DNA of 64,000 bases, taken from an uncultured Gemmatimonadaceae bacterium. Its GTDB lineage: Bacteria > Gemmatimonadota > Gemmatimonadetes > Gemmatimonadales > Gemmatimonadaceae. The notes beneath the pieces are model-generated. The model was not told the origin of the DNA. It saw only the letters and a list, made by a program, of their open reading frames with translations, and did not search any database. Position 1 is the stretch's first letter, and every line of letters begins with the position of its first letter. The position numbers and the translations under genes were made by a program. The stretch covers positions 832,001 to 896,000 of the forward strand of contig CAWHHI010000016.1 of NCBI GenBank assembly GCA_963829055.1, in the 5' to 3' direction. Below, piece by piece: positions 49,280-61,994 of this stretch.

Positions 49280-49942
49280 TCAGCGACGCGTCGATCGTTT
49301 CGACGTCGAGCCGCGAGCCTTTGTGCGTCGCGATTTGTTGAGCCGAGCGAAGTCGATGTCCCCGGAGGAGACGATCTCCGCCTTCAGCACGCGCCGCATG
49401 TGAGCCAGCGCTTCGCGATGCGCCGGAACCGTGACGGCGGTAACGCAGTCGCGCGGGATGATCACCTCGAGGTCGCGCATATACGCATCCGCGGCCGTGA
49501 ACAGCACGCACGACATCGGTCGCCATCCCGGTGATGATGAGCGATCTTCGACCTGAAGGTATTCGAGCAGCAGATCGAGCGTGGTGTTGAAGAAGCCCGA
49601 GTGCTTCGGCTTGAGCACGAAGTAGTCCGCCTCGTCAGGCACCAGCATGCTCGACGACGGGTCGGCCGCGAACGTCCGTCGTCGAGACAGTGCGCGACGG
49701 TGCGGCGGAAGTCGGACCGCCACCGACCGAAGTTGTCGTTCACGTAGACCACCGGCACTCCCGACGCTCCGATGCCTTCGCCTTGAGCGCGGCGATACGA
49801 CGGGCCATCCGGATCGCGCGCGGGAGCATTCCGGCGCCCCCCTCGAACTCGAGATCGTTCACGACATCGAGGATGAGCAGAGCAACGCGGAGACGAGTCC
49901 GGGCGCGTTGCCGTGAAGATCGGTGTTACGATGAGCAGGCAT
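49280..49942 (-). CDS. Isochorismatase-family cysteine hydrolase; split by indels
   Basis: LLILDVVND, YVNDNFGRW, LKPKHSGF, CVLFTAADAYMRD. Confidence 0.82.
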
Positions 49943-50075
49943 GAGAAGAGTCTAACAACGGTGATGCGTCGCGCTGCCTGACGAGTCGATCGCATCATGC
50001 ACGTTCGCTACGATCGCAACACCGCGGCCATAGTTAGGACGGCAACTATTATAGATGCGCTACGAAGTCCGTACT

Positions 50076-50913
50076 CTACGCGGCGCCCAACCGAGAGGCG
50101 CAATCAGCGGAGATCCGCTCAGGCAGATGCGGCGCTGCGCGACGGGTGGAGACGAGCGTCTGGCGGAACGCGTGCAGCACGCAGCGAAGGCCGCCGTTCT
50201 CCCGCACTTCGCGCGGCGACAGTCCCGTGTATCGCTTGAGCATGTTGCGCAGCGACGCGGCCGACGAGAAGTCGAGCAGCAGCGCGATCTGCTCGACGGA
50301 GCGCGCGGGGTCCTCGAGCATCTGCGCCGCGAGCGTGAGGCGGCACCACGCGATCATCGCGCTCGGCGTCGGCAGTCCGCGCGGTCGCGAGTCGGTCGAC
50401 GAGCGTCTTGCGATGCACGCCGAGCGCGGCGGCGGCGTCGGCGACCGTGACTGCCTGACGAGCGTGCTCGAGCGAGTAGCGGAGAAACGGGACGACGCTC
50501 GGTGGCACGAGCGGTGCGATCGCTTCGAGCACGTGCTTCGCTCCGCAGTGTTCCTGCGCCGTCGTGATGACGGAGCGAAGCGCGACGCCGACATCATCGA
50601 CGCCACGAAGGATTAGATCATTCACACCCGCGCGCGCGAGCGCGAGAATCTCGCGCGATGAGTCGGGAGAGAGCGCGCAGTACGCGACGACGGGCACGCT
50701 CGGAAATCCTTCGCGAATGGTCCGGACCATTCCGAGTGTCGGAGCGCCGGTGCGATCGCGCAGATCGACGACGGCGACACCAACGAGCCCTTCCGTCACG
50801 AGCGCGAGCAGTTCGTCTTGCTGATCGCAGGTTCGAACAGCAGCATAACCGCGAAGCGCTTCCTGAATGCGCGCGCGTGCGGCCAGCTCGCGAACCAAAA
50901 CCGCGACGATCAC
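50076..50913 (-). CDS. AraC-family regulator with receiver-like N-terminus; indel near 50380
   Basis: VAVVDL..VPVVAY (REC-like); TVADAAAALGVHRKTL and SVEQIALLLDFSSAASLRNMLKRYTG double HTH. Confidence 0.8.
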
Positions 50914-50942
50914 CGCAAATAATTCGGACTTGGGTTACATGG

Positions 50943-50963
50943 CGTATGGGCATTGCCCATACG
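50943..50963. promoter_or_regulatory. Perfect 10-bp inverted repeat, candidate operator
   Basis: CGTATGGGCA-T-TGCCCATACG in the divergent AraC/peptide gap. Confidence 0.55.
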
Positions 50964-51031
50964 ATGTCGGTCGCCGGTCACGCGACGTGGTAAATGTATC
51001 GCGCCAACCCCACCCCACACTGGAGCGATAC

Positions 51032-51198
51032 ATGTCCCGCACGATCCGCTACGCTGTTCTCTCCCTCGCCGTTGCCGCGACCGACTGCATGCTCGAGCTC
51101 GGTTACCGAACCGACCGCCGCCCGAAGTGCACTAGCGAAGTCCACAGAACGCGTCGCAGTCGTGCGTGTCGTTGGACTTTATCAATCCTAAGGTGTAA
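51032..51198 (+). CDS. Tiny exported lipopeptide (~53 aa; needs indel correction)
   Basis: RBS GGAG at 51022; MSRTIRYAVLSLAVAAT then, after a 1-nt shift, ACSSSVTEPT (lipobox-like); stop at 51191 or 51198. Confidence 0.6.
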
Positions 51199-52471
51199 GC
51201 GCGAGAGCGCAGCGATCCGGCTCGGTCTCGAGCGCTTCGAGCGACTGGATCACCTGCAGCGACGCGTCGCTCAACGGAGCCTTCGCACGCGTTACGCGCT
51301 GGCTGAGTCGCAGGTATCGCCTTCGGTTCGGTCGCCAGCACGATTTCGAAGAATCCATTCTTGCGCGCCAGCGCACGCGCGCGAAGCCGGTACTCCTCCG
51401 CGCGCGCGGCGTCGCCGACGATGTCGAACGCGTCAGTACAGCGAACTGAGCACGCCGGCGCTCTCGTACGGCAGCGCCGTCGCGGACGAGCGAGTCCTCC
51501 GCCACACGCGCGACCGCGGCGACGAGCTGCGGAGTCGCCGACGCGTCGCCGACGCCACCGCAGCGCCGCCGAGCACGGCAGGCGGAAACGCGTGGAGTCG
51601 GGTCCGCGACGAGCGATGCGAGAAACCCTCGCAGCGCTGCCCGCGGCGTGACCCGCGACCAGGCTCACCTGCGATAGGTTGATCAGGATCTCGGCCTGAC
51701 GATCGGCGTTGCCCTGCGCGAGCTCGTAGCGCTGCCCACCCATGCACGAGCGCCGTGTCTGAGATCGCCCGCCGTGCTGGCCGCGATGAGCAGCCCCTGG
51801 TGCCCGACGCCGCGAGACTCGGACAGGCCAACGTTCTCGGCGCAGCGCGAGGCCCTCGCGCAGACGCGTCGCGCGCCTTCGGGTAGTTGCCGCGAACACG
51901 CGCCGTGACGCCCTTGCCGAGCAGCGCGCGCGCCTGGAGTTCCGGTTCTCCGAATCGATCACCAGCGAGCGCGACGCCTCGTAGAGCTCGTCGGCGCTGT
52001 CGAGATCGCCGAGCGTGCGGCGATACCCACGCCTGGTCGGCCATCGCGAGACCCAGGTCGCGATGCGGCGCAGCCGTTGCAGCAGTGCGCACATGACCCG
52101 AGCGTGCTGAACGCGAGCCAGAGCGCGCCTGCGTCCGCCATCTGGTCTGCGAGGACGCGCGCCGAGTCCACGACCTCGCTCGCCGCGCGCGCCGTGTCGA
52201 TCAGCGGAAGCGCTCCGCGCAAGCGCGCGAGCTGCGAGACCATGGCCGCTTCTTCCGGCGTATCCGGCGAGACCGTGCTCGCGAGATCGCCGATCGCCGA
52301 CGCGCAGTTCTCCGCGATCGAGCGGCGCGCATCACCCTGCGCGCGCGAGAGGCGGTGCAGGCAATGCGCGACGAGCAGCCACACCGTGTCCGAGCGCCCG
52401 AAATCCGTCCGATTCGGGTGTCGACTCAGATCAGCGCGGTACGCTTCGAGCGGCGACTGGAGAGGAAGCAT
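51188..52471 (-). CDS. All-helical TPR-like protein (~425 aa); split by several indels
   Basis: Joined frames: MLPLQSPLEAY.., RTLGDLDSADELYE, ARALLGKGVTARVRGNYPKAR, AEILINLSQVSLVAGH, AFDIVGDAARAEEYR..KNGFFEI, SLQVIQSLEAL. Confidence 0.65.
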
Positions 52472-52924
52472 TCGTACCCGGAGAAAGAAGGCGAAGCTAA
52501 GATTGGATATCGCGCTCTTTCGCACAAGGACGCATTACCACGACTCCTGCCGCATCGTGACGACCGTCCTGTGCGTTTGAAACAGACGACCGGTGATGGA
52601 GATCGCAATCACACGGCCCGGATGCGGATCGTCGCCGAGTGTCGGCGCGACACGCGACACAACTTCAGTCTTTCGAGGACGATTGCTTCACGCAAACGAT
52701 GCAATCTCCGGTCTCCACCGAACACTTCACGTGACATGGCAACGCGCAACGGACTGCGCATCACACGATGTGCACGTCATTGGCGTTTACTCATACGACG
52801 ACGTGCTCAACGCCACGCCGGAGTCGCATTGAGCCGGCCGACCCGATATGATGCCGTTCAGCAGCACGACGAAACCGTGAGCCCGTCAGCCCCGTGTACG
52901 TAGCGCGTCAACCCTGGAGCCTTC

Positions 52925-53514
52925 ATGACGCCGACCGCCCGTTCGAACATCGATGCGAACACCCATGACAGCCTCGATTCGCTGGGCACCACCATGATCG
53001 AGGACACCCTGCTCACATTCCGTCGGCAGAAGGAGCTCGCCGAGCGCGCGCTCGTCGCAGGTCGACGATCGAGGATTTCTTTCGCACTATCGATGCCGAA
53101 TCGAACAGCATCGCGATCATCGTGAAGCACGTCGGTGGAAATCTGAAGTCCCGCTGGACCGATTTCCTCACGACCGACGGCGAGAAGCCGGAGCGCGATC
53201 GTGACGGAGAGTTCATCGTGGCAGACGAGACGAGCCGCGCGCGCGATCATGGGGATCTGTGGAACGCCGGATGGGCGGCACTGTTCAATACGTTCTCCCA
53301 GCTCCGCCCTGCCGATCTCCTGGCGACCGTTCACGTGCGCGGTGAGTCGCTGACCGCCGTCGCGGCAATGCACCGCTCGGTGGCGCACATCGCCCAACAC
53401 GTCGGCCAGATCGTACTGCTCGCCAAGCACTACCGCGTCTGCCGATTGGAAAACACTAAGCATTCCCCGAGGGCAGTCGGCAAACGTGGCATCCTCGGCG
53501 TCGACTCCTCGATA
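52925..53514 (+). CDS. DUF1572 / DinB-like protein; split by indels
   Basis: NSIAIIVKHVGGNLKSRWTDFLTTDGEKP, HIAQHVGQI. Confidence 0.8.
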
Positions 53515-53574
53515 GGCATCCCGCAGGGTCGCTCCTCTCCGGCTCCTGCTCATCCCTCACGCTGCTACGAGTCC

Positions 53575-53847
53575 ATGAAACGTGGAACGCTGATCGGCAT
53601 CGTCGTCGCCGCGATCTTCGCGAGCTTTCTCCTCTGGTCCACGCTCTCGGCGCAGAAGACGTCGACTGCGAGGCGTGCGTCCAGTTCTCCGGGAAGCAGA
53701 ACTGCGCGAAGGCATCCGGCACCTCGGAGGCCGAGGCGCTACGCACGGCGGTCTCCACTGCGTGCGGGCCTGTCACGCAGGGAATGAACGAGTCCATTGC
53801 CTGCCAGAATCGGCCGCCGGTCAGTCCAGCGGTGCAAGACTCGTTAG
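53575..53847 (+). CDS. Small membrane-anchored Cys-rich protein; indels
   Basis: MKRGTLIGIVVAAIFASFLLWSTL then CEACVQFSGKQNCAKASG..TACGPVTQGMNESIACQNRPP..C. Confidence 0.6.
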
Positions 53848-54672
53848 GGTACCGTGGCGTTGGCGGGCGCGCGAGGAGGCGGCGGCAGTTGCCGGACACG
53901 CGCCTGAAATTCGTGAAACGTCGGGTCATCGCGGACGAGCGTCCGACCGTCGGCGCGCGACGATGATCGGATCACACGCACGACCGCCGCGATGCGATCC
54001 TCCTCCATCGGGTGCGACGCGAACCAGCCCTCGACCATGTCGGGTCGCTGATCGCGCGTCTCGAGGAGCTTCGCGAACATTGTCGCGATGCCCTGCGGAT
54101 CATAGCCGGCGCGCGACACGATGCCGACGGCCGCCGAATCCGCCTCGAGCTCGTCGCTGCGACTGAACCGCGCGAACAGCGCGGCGCCACCCACGTCGAT
54201 CGCGACGCGGGCGGCCTCGCTCGAGCAGATGTTCGTGAGCCCGCACACCACGGATACGCCCACGTTCGTCTTCTGCTGCTTCTCGATGCGCTCGGCCGAG
54301 TGGCGCAGGAGCACGTGCCCGATCTCGTGTCCGAGCACGCCCGCCAGCTCCGAGCTCGACGTCGCGCGCTCGATGAGTCCACGGTTCACGTAGACGAAGC
54401 CACCGGGCAGCGCGAACGCGTTGAGGACCTCGGCGTCCACGATACGAAAGCGCCAGTCACGATTGCGGTCGTCACTCGCGGTGGCGAGCGCCGTCCCCAG
54501 GTTCGTCACGTAGCTGTTCGCGGCATCATCGGCGACCATCGGCACCTCGCGCTCGATCTGCGCCGCAGCCTCCTGGCCGAGTGCTTTCTCCTGCTCATCG
54601 CCGACGGTACACGCGACGCATCGCCATCGCGATGCCGGCAACGAGTACCGCGGCCCGGGCAGTGTTCGGCAA
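53844..54672 (-). CDS. M48 family zinc metalloprotease (BepA/YfgC-like), probable lipoprotein
   Basis: NAFALPGG, LGHEIGH, FSRSDELEAD, ASHP. Confidence 0.85.
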
Positions 54673-54761
54673 TTCCCTTTCTCCCCTTGGGGTGTCGTCG
54701 CCCGAGATGGGCAAGACACGTTCCCCGTACAGCTCGGCCTCGAGCAGTAGCCAGCGGAGCG

Positions 54762-55332
54762 TCAGCGATTGTAGATCGGACCACCGCGCTCGAGATACAG
54801 ATCGAACACGGCGTTCGCCTCGCTCCGCAGCACGCCGCGCTTCGATCACAATCCCGCGGTCCTCGAGGTACTCGTAGGACTCGGGGAACACCGGCCCCTC
54901 GTCGAAGCTCAGACGCGAGGCGTCCTCGCGCGTCGCCGCGAAAACAAGTCGGCTCACGCCACCCCAGAGCGTCGCGCCCAGGCACATTGCGCACGGCTCG
55001 CACGACGAGAACAGCTCGTGGCGAGGCTTGCCGTCGTTCTGAAGCGTGAAGCTCCCGACGTGCGCCTGCGCCATCATCAGCGCGACGACTTCCGCATGCG
55101 CGCTCGAATTGTTGAGGCGGACGACTCCGTTGGTGCCGACCCCGACCAATCGACCCGTGCCAGCCTCGAATACCGCGGCGCCGAATGGCCCGCCGGTGTT
55201 GCGGAGGACGTTCTCGCGCGCAAGTTCGATGGCGACGCGAATCCTCGCTTCGTCATCGGGGTACGGACGGTTGACGTCCACCGTCTCGCGCACCCAATCG
55301 GGATTCGTTATGCGGATCTCGGACGTGTGCAT
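54762..55332 (-). CDS. Zinc-dependent nucleoside/guanine deaminase
   Basis: GGPFGA, AHAE, SCEPCAMC. Confidence 0.85.
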
Positions 55333-55471
55333 GTCACGTGCATTGTGCGGAGTGGGCGGCAGAATCGCTCAATTGAACTGGTCGCTCGTAAAACAGGCAA
55401 CCCCAGCCGCGCGCTCGCTCCGAGACCGAGGTCTCCGGAACGAGTCCACGACTGCGATCGTCTCGAACACG

Positions 55472-56726
55472 ATGATCCTCACGCTCCTCATCTCCGCGCT
55501 CGCATTCGGCGACACCACCGCCCTGCGCCGTCGTCCGCCGGCGGAAGTCGGGATGGACGCCGGTCGTCTCGTCCTGATCGATCGCGCGGTGAAGCAGGGG
55601 TTGGCGGCCGGCGGCTTTCCCGGTGCGGCCGTCGTTGTCGGACGACGCGGGGCGATCGTCTGGGAAAAGGGCTATGGGTCCGCCGATTGGGGCTTCGGTC
55701 TACCACCGGTGCGTCCGCCACAGCGACGATGTACGACATCGCGTCGCTCACGAAGGTCGTCGCCACGAGTGCGGCGGCGATGGTCCTGTACGATCGCGGG
55801 AAGCTCAAGCTCGACGTGCCGGTCTCGCGTTACCTGCCGGAATTCCGCGGTGGCGACAAGGGTCGGGTGACGGTACGCGAGCTGCTGACACACCGCTCCG
55901 GCCTTCCCGCGGGACGCGACCTGCGAGGCGCGCATAACGCGCGTCAGGCACGACGCCTCATTCTCGAAACGCCGCTCGATGCCATACCCGGCTCACGCAC
56001 CGAATACTCTGACGTCGGCGCGGACGTGCTCGGGCTTCGTCGTCGAAGCGGTTGCGGGCGAGCGGTTCGACCAGTTCGTATCGCGCACCATCTATCAGCG
56101 CCTCGGACTGCAAAACACGCTGTTCGTGCCCGGCCGCGACCGACGCGCGCGCATCGCGCCAACGGAGAACTTTCCGCCGCGCGGGTATCCGCTGCGCGGC
56201 GAGGTACACGACGACGCCGCATTCGCGCTCGGCGGCGTTGCCGGTCACGCCGGTCTGTTCGCGACCGCCAGCGACCTCGCGGTGTTCGCGCAGATGATGC
56301 TCAACGGCGGGACGTACAACGGCGTGCGCATCGTGAGCGACACGACGGTCGCACGCTTCACGCAACGAACCGTCGGCTCGCGCGCACTCGGCTGGGATAC
56401 GTGCATCGGCGGCGGCGAGCTGCGGCTTCTACTTCGGGCCCCGCGCGTACGGGCACACGGGCTACACCGGCACGTCGCTGTGGATCGACCCCGATCGGCA
56501 GGTGTTCGTGATCGTGCTGACGAACTGGGTGCACGCGGCTCCGAGCGCGCGCGTGGCACCCATCGCGGTGCTCGCGGACGTGCGGAGCGACATCGCCGAC
56601 ATCGCGGCGCTCTCCATTGTGGACGGCGCGTCAGGCGCGCTTCCCATGCCCGACCGCCTGCGCGCAGACCGGCAGATCGGCTGGAAGCGCGAGAACTACA
56701 TCTCGACCGGCGGCGACCCGCGTTAG
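55472..56726 (+). CDS. Serine hydrolase, beta-lactamase class C-like; split by indels
   Basis: FPGA, YDIASLTK, LLTHRSG, EYSD, GHAGLF, GHTGYTG. Confidence 0.85.
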
Positions 56727-56733
56727 GCCCGCG

Positions 56734-59371
56734 TCATTGCTGCGTGGTGCCGCGAATCCTCACGGTGCGAGTGAGCTCGTCTTCGGCCTGAAGGATCTTC
56801 TCGCGAATGTCACGCGGCAGATCCGCGTGCTCGCGAAGGAAACGATCGACCGCCAGCAGCGACTCGGCGCTCGTCTGCCCTTCGAGGAACGACGACAGCC
56901 ACGATCCGAGGAAGAAGATCCGCCGGTTCGTCTGGATCCAGCGCAGGGAGTCGAGCGCGGGAATCAGGTAGGGCCGAGTGAGGTCCGACTGGCGGACCGA
57001 GTTGAAGCCTTCGAGGCTCGCGGTTACCCAGTCTTCGTTGAGCGCCTCGTCCGCGAAGTAGCGCTGGAAGTACTCGCGCTTGACCTCCGGGATCAGGGCG
57101 TGCCGCCGCGGCGACGAACGCGCGACGCTTCCCTTCCGAGCCGGAGTCGCGACTCGCTTCGGCGGCGAAGCGTCGCTCCGCCGAGCGACTCCTTCGCTCG
57201 ATGAGCGCGGTGACGATTGCCCAGCGCGTCGGCGCCCGCAGCGGCGCGCCGGCCGCTTGCGGTGCTGTCGAGCAGCGCATCGAGATGCGACGAGCGCCGC
57301 GGGCGTTCCCGCGACGCGAATGTACGTGTCGAGGTACGGCTTTCGGATGCCGTACGGTCGCGACGCGTCCGCCGACGCCTGCGCGCAGCGCCTGCTCCAC
57401 CGAGGCCAGCGCCGAGTCTCGCCGCTCCGGCGGCAGGTACGCGAGCATCGCGCGTCCCACGCGTCCGAGCACGCCAGACACGATCTGCTCGTCGCGTTCG
57501 TTCGGCAGCTCGCGCAACGCGAGTGCGGCGATACCGAGCCGGATCGAAGCCGGGCCTCGCGCACGAGGTCCCACAGCGCGCCCCAGAGCATCGCGCGCAG
57601 AAACGAGTCCTGAACGCTCGAGATGTTGCTCCTCGAGCCACGCGACCGTCCGCTCGTCCGGAAGCACGAGCGCGTACGCATAGTCGTCGGCATTCGCGAA
57701 CACGAACGTCGGGCGAGACGCGCGCTTCGGGCAGCGCGGACGACCGTGCTCTCGGCGTCCAGCGACACGCGGCAGCCTAACGACGCCACCGTCCGACAGG
57801 CCGACGATCACGCTCGTGCGAATGGGCCACGGCTCCTTGCCGGACAGATCCTGCGCGGCGCGCTGACGAAGGATCGAGCCGTCGTCTGCCCATCGCGAGC
57901 CTTGCTTGAGCACCTGATCGATCATCGGCATGCCGGGGCGAAGGATGTACTCCTTGCCCCAGCCGTCGAGCGATCGACCACTCTCGGCGCCGATCGCGGC
58001 CAGCAGGTCGCGCCACGTCGCGTTGCCGTACGCGTGCGCGGTCGAGAAACCGGCGGAGACCGCGCTGAAACGCATCGGGACCGACGAGATAGTCGAGCTG
58101 CTTGAGAACGACGGCGCCTTGTTGTAGACGATCGCGCCGTAGTTGCTCTTCGCCTGATCGAGATTCGCGAGCGACTGCCAGACCGGTGTCGTGCCGCGCG
58201 TCTCGTCCACGGCGTACGCCGCGGGCTTGTTGCGCAGGTAGAACGTCTTCCAGACACCGGACGACGTGTCGAGCGACGCCTGCATCTTCGCCGCCATGTA
58301 CGTGGCGAAGCCTTCCTTGAGCCACAGGTCGTCGAACCAGCGCATCGTCACGAGATCGCCGAACCACTGATGCGCGACCTCGTGGTAGATCGTCGCGGTG
58401 CGTCCGAGTCGCTGCGTGAGCGTCGGCCGCTCGCGGAAGATGAAGCGGTCTTCGTTGTAGAAGATCGCGCCGGGGTGCTCCATGCCGCCGAACGGGAACG
58501 CCGGCGCGAGCAGGACGTCGAGCTTCTTGAATGGGAACGGTCGCGCGAAGTAGCCCTCGAGCCACCGCGCCGCCACATCGTTCGCGACGATGATCGAATC
58601 AGCTCTCGGCCTCGGCGACGCGTGACTTGCGCACGTACATCGTGATCGGCCGCTTGCTCGCCGACGATGTCACCGTCGCCCACGGTCCGGCCGCGAACGC
58701 GATCAGATAGGTGCTGATCGGCTCCGTCTCGGCGAACTCGGTGCTCGGCAGGCGTGGCCGCTGTCGGCGACATGCCGTGGAGGTCGCCGGACCGTTCGCG
58801 AGCACTCGCCACTCCCGGCGGTGCTCGCAGTCGCAGCGAGACTCTCGCCTTGAGGTCCGGCTGATCGAAGCACGGAAAGAGCTGATTCGCGTCAGCCGGG
58901 ACGAGCAGCGTGTAGAGGTATTCCGCTCCGTCCGTCGCGTCGCGATAGCGGATGATGCTGGCGCCTGCCGCCGCGATCTTCGTGACGAAGCCGATCGTGA
59001 CGACGTTCTCGCCGACGACGACGTCGCTCGCAGGCACTCGGAGGTGCGCGCCGTTGAACTCGCGGTGACGCGATGCGCCTTGCCGTTCACCTCGACGGCA
59101 CCGAGTCGCTGGCCGCGGAAATCGAGGATGACATCGCCCGGCTCGTGCCACGTGGAACCGCGCCGTCACCGTTCCTCGCGACGAGTCGCGCTCCGTGAGG
59201 TCGAACGACAGCGCGTAGCGAACATCGCGGATCTGCGCCGCACGAGCCGTCGCGAGCGCGCGCGACACACCGGTTCCCATGAGCGAGTCCGCTGGTCCGC
59301 GAACCGTATGCCGCCGGCGGATTCCCGGACGTGGCGATCGCGAACAGCACTGCGGAAACGGTCAGCGGCAT
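56734..59371 (-). CDS. M1 family aminopeptidase N; split by indels
   Basis: FPCFDQPDLKA, GGMEH, HEVAHQWFG..WLKEG, IVYNK. Confidence 0.88.
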
Positions 59372-59608
59372 GATGGCCCATGGTCGACGTCGTAGTTCGC
59401 TCGTTCGCAGTATCCCCGCCGGAAATGCCTGACACAAGGGTCAACGAGAGTCGGTGAGCCCGACCAGCATGGTGACGACGTCATTCGACCTTCCCTCCGC
59501 TCGCTTCGCGAGCCGATCTTTTCGGCGCGACGCGACTGCGATCGTCGGGCCGGCGAGAGCGCGTCGTGGCGATCACGTGGCAACAACGGCGGCGAGGGCG
59601 GAGCGCAC

Positions 59609-61928
59609 ATGCGGATCGGCAAGATTGGGGTGATTGGTGCGGGCGCCATGGGAGCGGGCATTGCCGCGCTGGCAGCGTCGGCCGGATTTCCGGTGACGCT
59701 GCTCGACGTTCCCGGCGACGCCGACCGCAACGCGGCGGCGAAGGGCGGCGTACAGCGAGCGCTGAAGGCGAAGCCGCCGCAATTCATGAGCGCCGACCGC
59801 GCCGCGCTCATCACGGTCGGCAACACGGCGGATGATCTCGCGTCTGCTCGCCGACTGCGACTGGATCATCGAAGCGATCATCGAGCAGGCAGCGCCTAAG
59901 CGGCAGCTGTTCGAGCAGCTCGAGACAGATCGTCAAGCCGACGGCGATCGTATCGACGAACACGTCCGCGATTCCGATCCGCTCGCTGGTCGAGTCTCGC
60001 TCCGACGAATTCCGACGACGCTTCCTCGGCACGCACTTCTTCAATCCGCCGCGCTATCTCCATCTGCTGGAGCTCATTCCGACGGAGCGAACGGCACCGG
60101 AAGTCGTCGCGGGAATCCGCGACGTTCGGTGAACGCCTGCTCGGCAAGGGCATCGTCGTCGCGCGAGACGTTCCGGGATTCATCGCGAACCGCCTCGGCA
60201 TTCACGGGTTCCTGCGTGCGATTCGGCTACATGCAGGAGTTCGACCTAACGATCGACGAGGTCGACGCACTGACCGGACCGTTCATAGGCCGACCGAAAT
60301 CCGCGACGTTCCGTACCGGCGACATCTCCGGTATCGATGTGCTGAGCCACGTCGCGTCCGGTCTGTCCGCGAGCGACCGGCGAGGACTTCGCGCTACCCG
60401 ATTGGGTGCGCAAGCTCGTCGGCCGAGAATCGACTCGGCGAGAAAACGGGCGCGGGCTTCTACCGAAAGGTCGGGCAAGGACATCCACACGCTCGACTGG
60501 AAGACCGGCGAGCTACGCACCCGCCTCGAAGCCGCGGCTCGAGGCGCTGCAGAACATGCAGCAGCTGCCGCTCAACGAACGACTCCATGCGCTCACGACG
60601 GCGGGCGGCCGCCATGCGGAGTTCCTGCGCAAGCTGCTGCTGTTCGAGAGCCATTACACCCTGACGAGAACGCCCGAGATCGCGCCGGACATCGTGTCGG
60701 TCGACCGCGCGATGGAGTGGGGATATGCCTGGGATTGCGGTCCGTTCAAGCAGATGGACGCGATGGGCCTCGAGTTCCTGCGCGGCGGTTTCGGCGCGCT
60801 CGGCCTCGATGAGCCGACGTCTTCTGCGCACGGCGCAGGAGAGCTTCTACCGCCGGCCGGGCAATGGCGAGCGATACCTGACGTTCGCGGGTCAGTACTC
60901 GCCCGTCGACGAGCTCGCCGGGCATCTGAGCCTCGACGCGCTGCGGTTGCGCAACCGCGTGATGGAAGCGTCCGCCGATGCCGCACATGTACGACGTCGG
61001 CGACGGCGTGCTGCTGCTCGAGTTCCGCAGCAAGATGAATTCGTTAGGCGAAGGCGTGATGCGGATGCTCGAGGCGGCGCTCGATCGCGCCGAACGCGGC
61101 AAGCACACGGGTGTGATCATCGGCAACGACGATCCGCGCACGTTCACGGCCGGCGCGGATCTGGCGCCTGGTGCTGCGTCAGGCTGCAGCCGGCGACTGG
61201 AAGGCACTCGACGCGAACGTGCGAGTCGTTCCAGCGACTCGTGACGTCGCTCAGGCGGATGCCCTTCCCCGTCGTCGTCGCGCCATTCGGGCTCACGCTC
61301 GGCGGCGGCGCCGAGATGACGCTCCACGCGTCGCGCGTGCAGGCGCATGCCGAGTTGTACATGGGTCTCGTCGAGGTCGGCGTCGGGCTGATTCCGGCTG
61401 GCGGTGGCACGAAGGAGCTGCTCTTCCGCTTCACGGAGGAGCTCGCCGCTTACGACGAGGCCGATCCGTTCGAGGCGGTGAAGCGCGCGTTCAAGATGAT
61501 CGCGATGGCGACGACGAGCACGAGCGCGCTCGATGCGCGAAAGCTCGGCTTCCTCCGCGACGGCGATCGCATCTCGATGAACCGCGATCACCTGCTCGGC
61601 GACGCGAAGGCGCGTGTGCTCGAGCTCGCGCGGGACTACGTCGCGCCGCCTCCGCGCCGCATTCGTGCGCTCGGCCGTGAAGCGATCGGGAATCTCGAGT
61701 ACGCGCTGTGGGCGATGCGCGAGGGCGGTCAGGCGAGCGATCACGATGTGCGCATCGGACACGCGCTCGCGCGCGTGCTGGCCGGCGGCGACGGTCCGCC
61801 GCGTGAGGTGTCGGAGCAGGACGTGCTGGACCTCGAGCGCGAAGCATTCCTCTCGCTGCTCGGCACGAAGGAGACGCAGCAGCGCATCGAGCACATGCTG
61901 AAGACCGGGCAAGCCGTTGAGGAACTGA
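59609..61928 (+). CDS. 3-hydroxyacyl-CoA dehydrogenase / enoyl-CoA hydratase (FadN-like); split by indels
   Basis: [53 protein letters not shown]. Confidence 0.88.
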
Positions 61929-61994
61929 GCGGCTGGCAAGCGCCGCCGACCCGGACTTTATACTTCAGTCATTACCGCTTCCCACCGGAGTCCC

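Noticed and set aside
55472..56726. Beta-lactam resistance gene
   Set aside because: The SxxK fold is shared by many esterases and peptidases; no specific AmpC evidence or mobile context.
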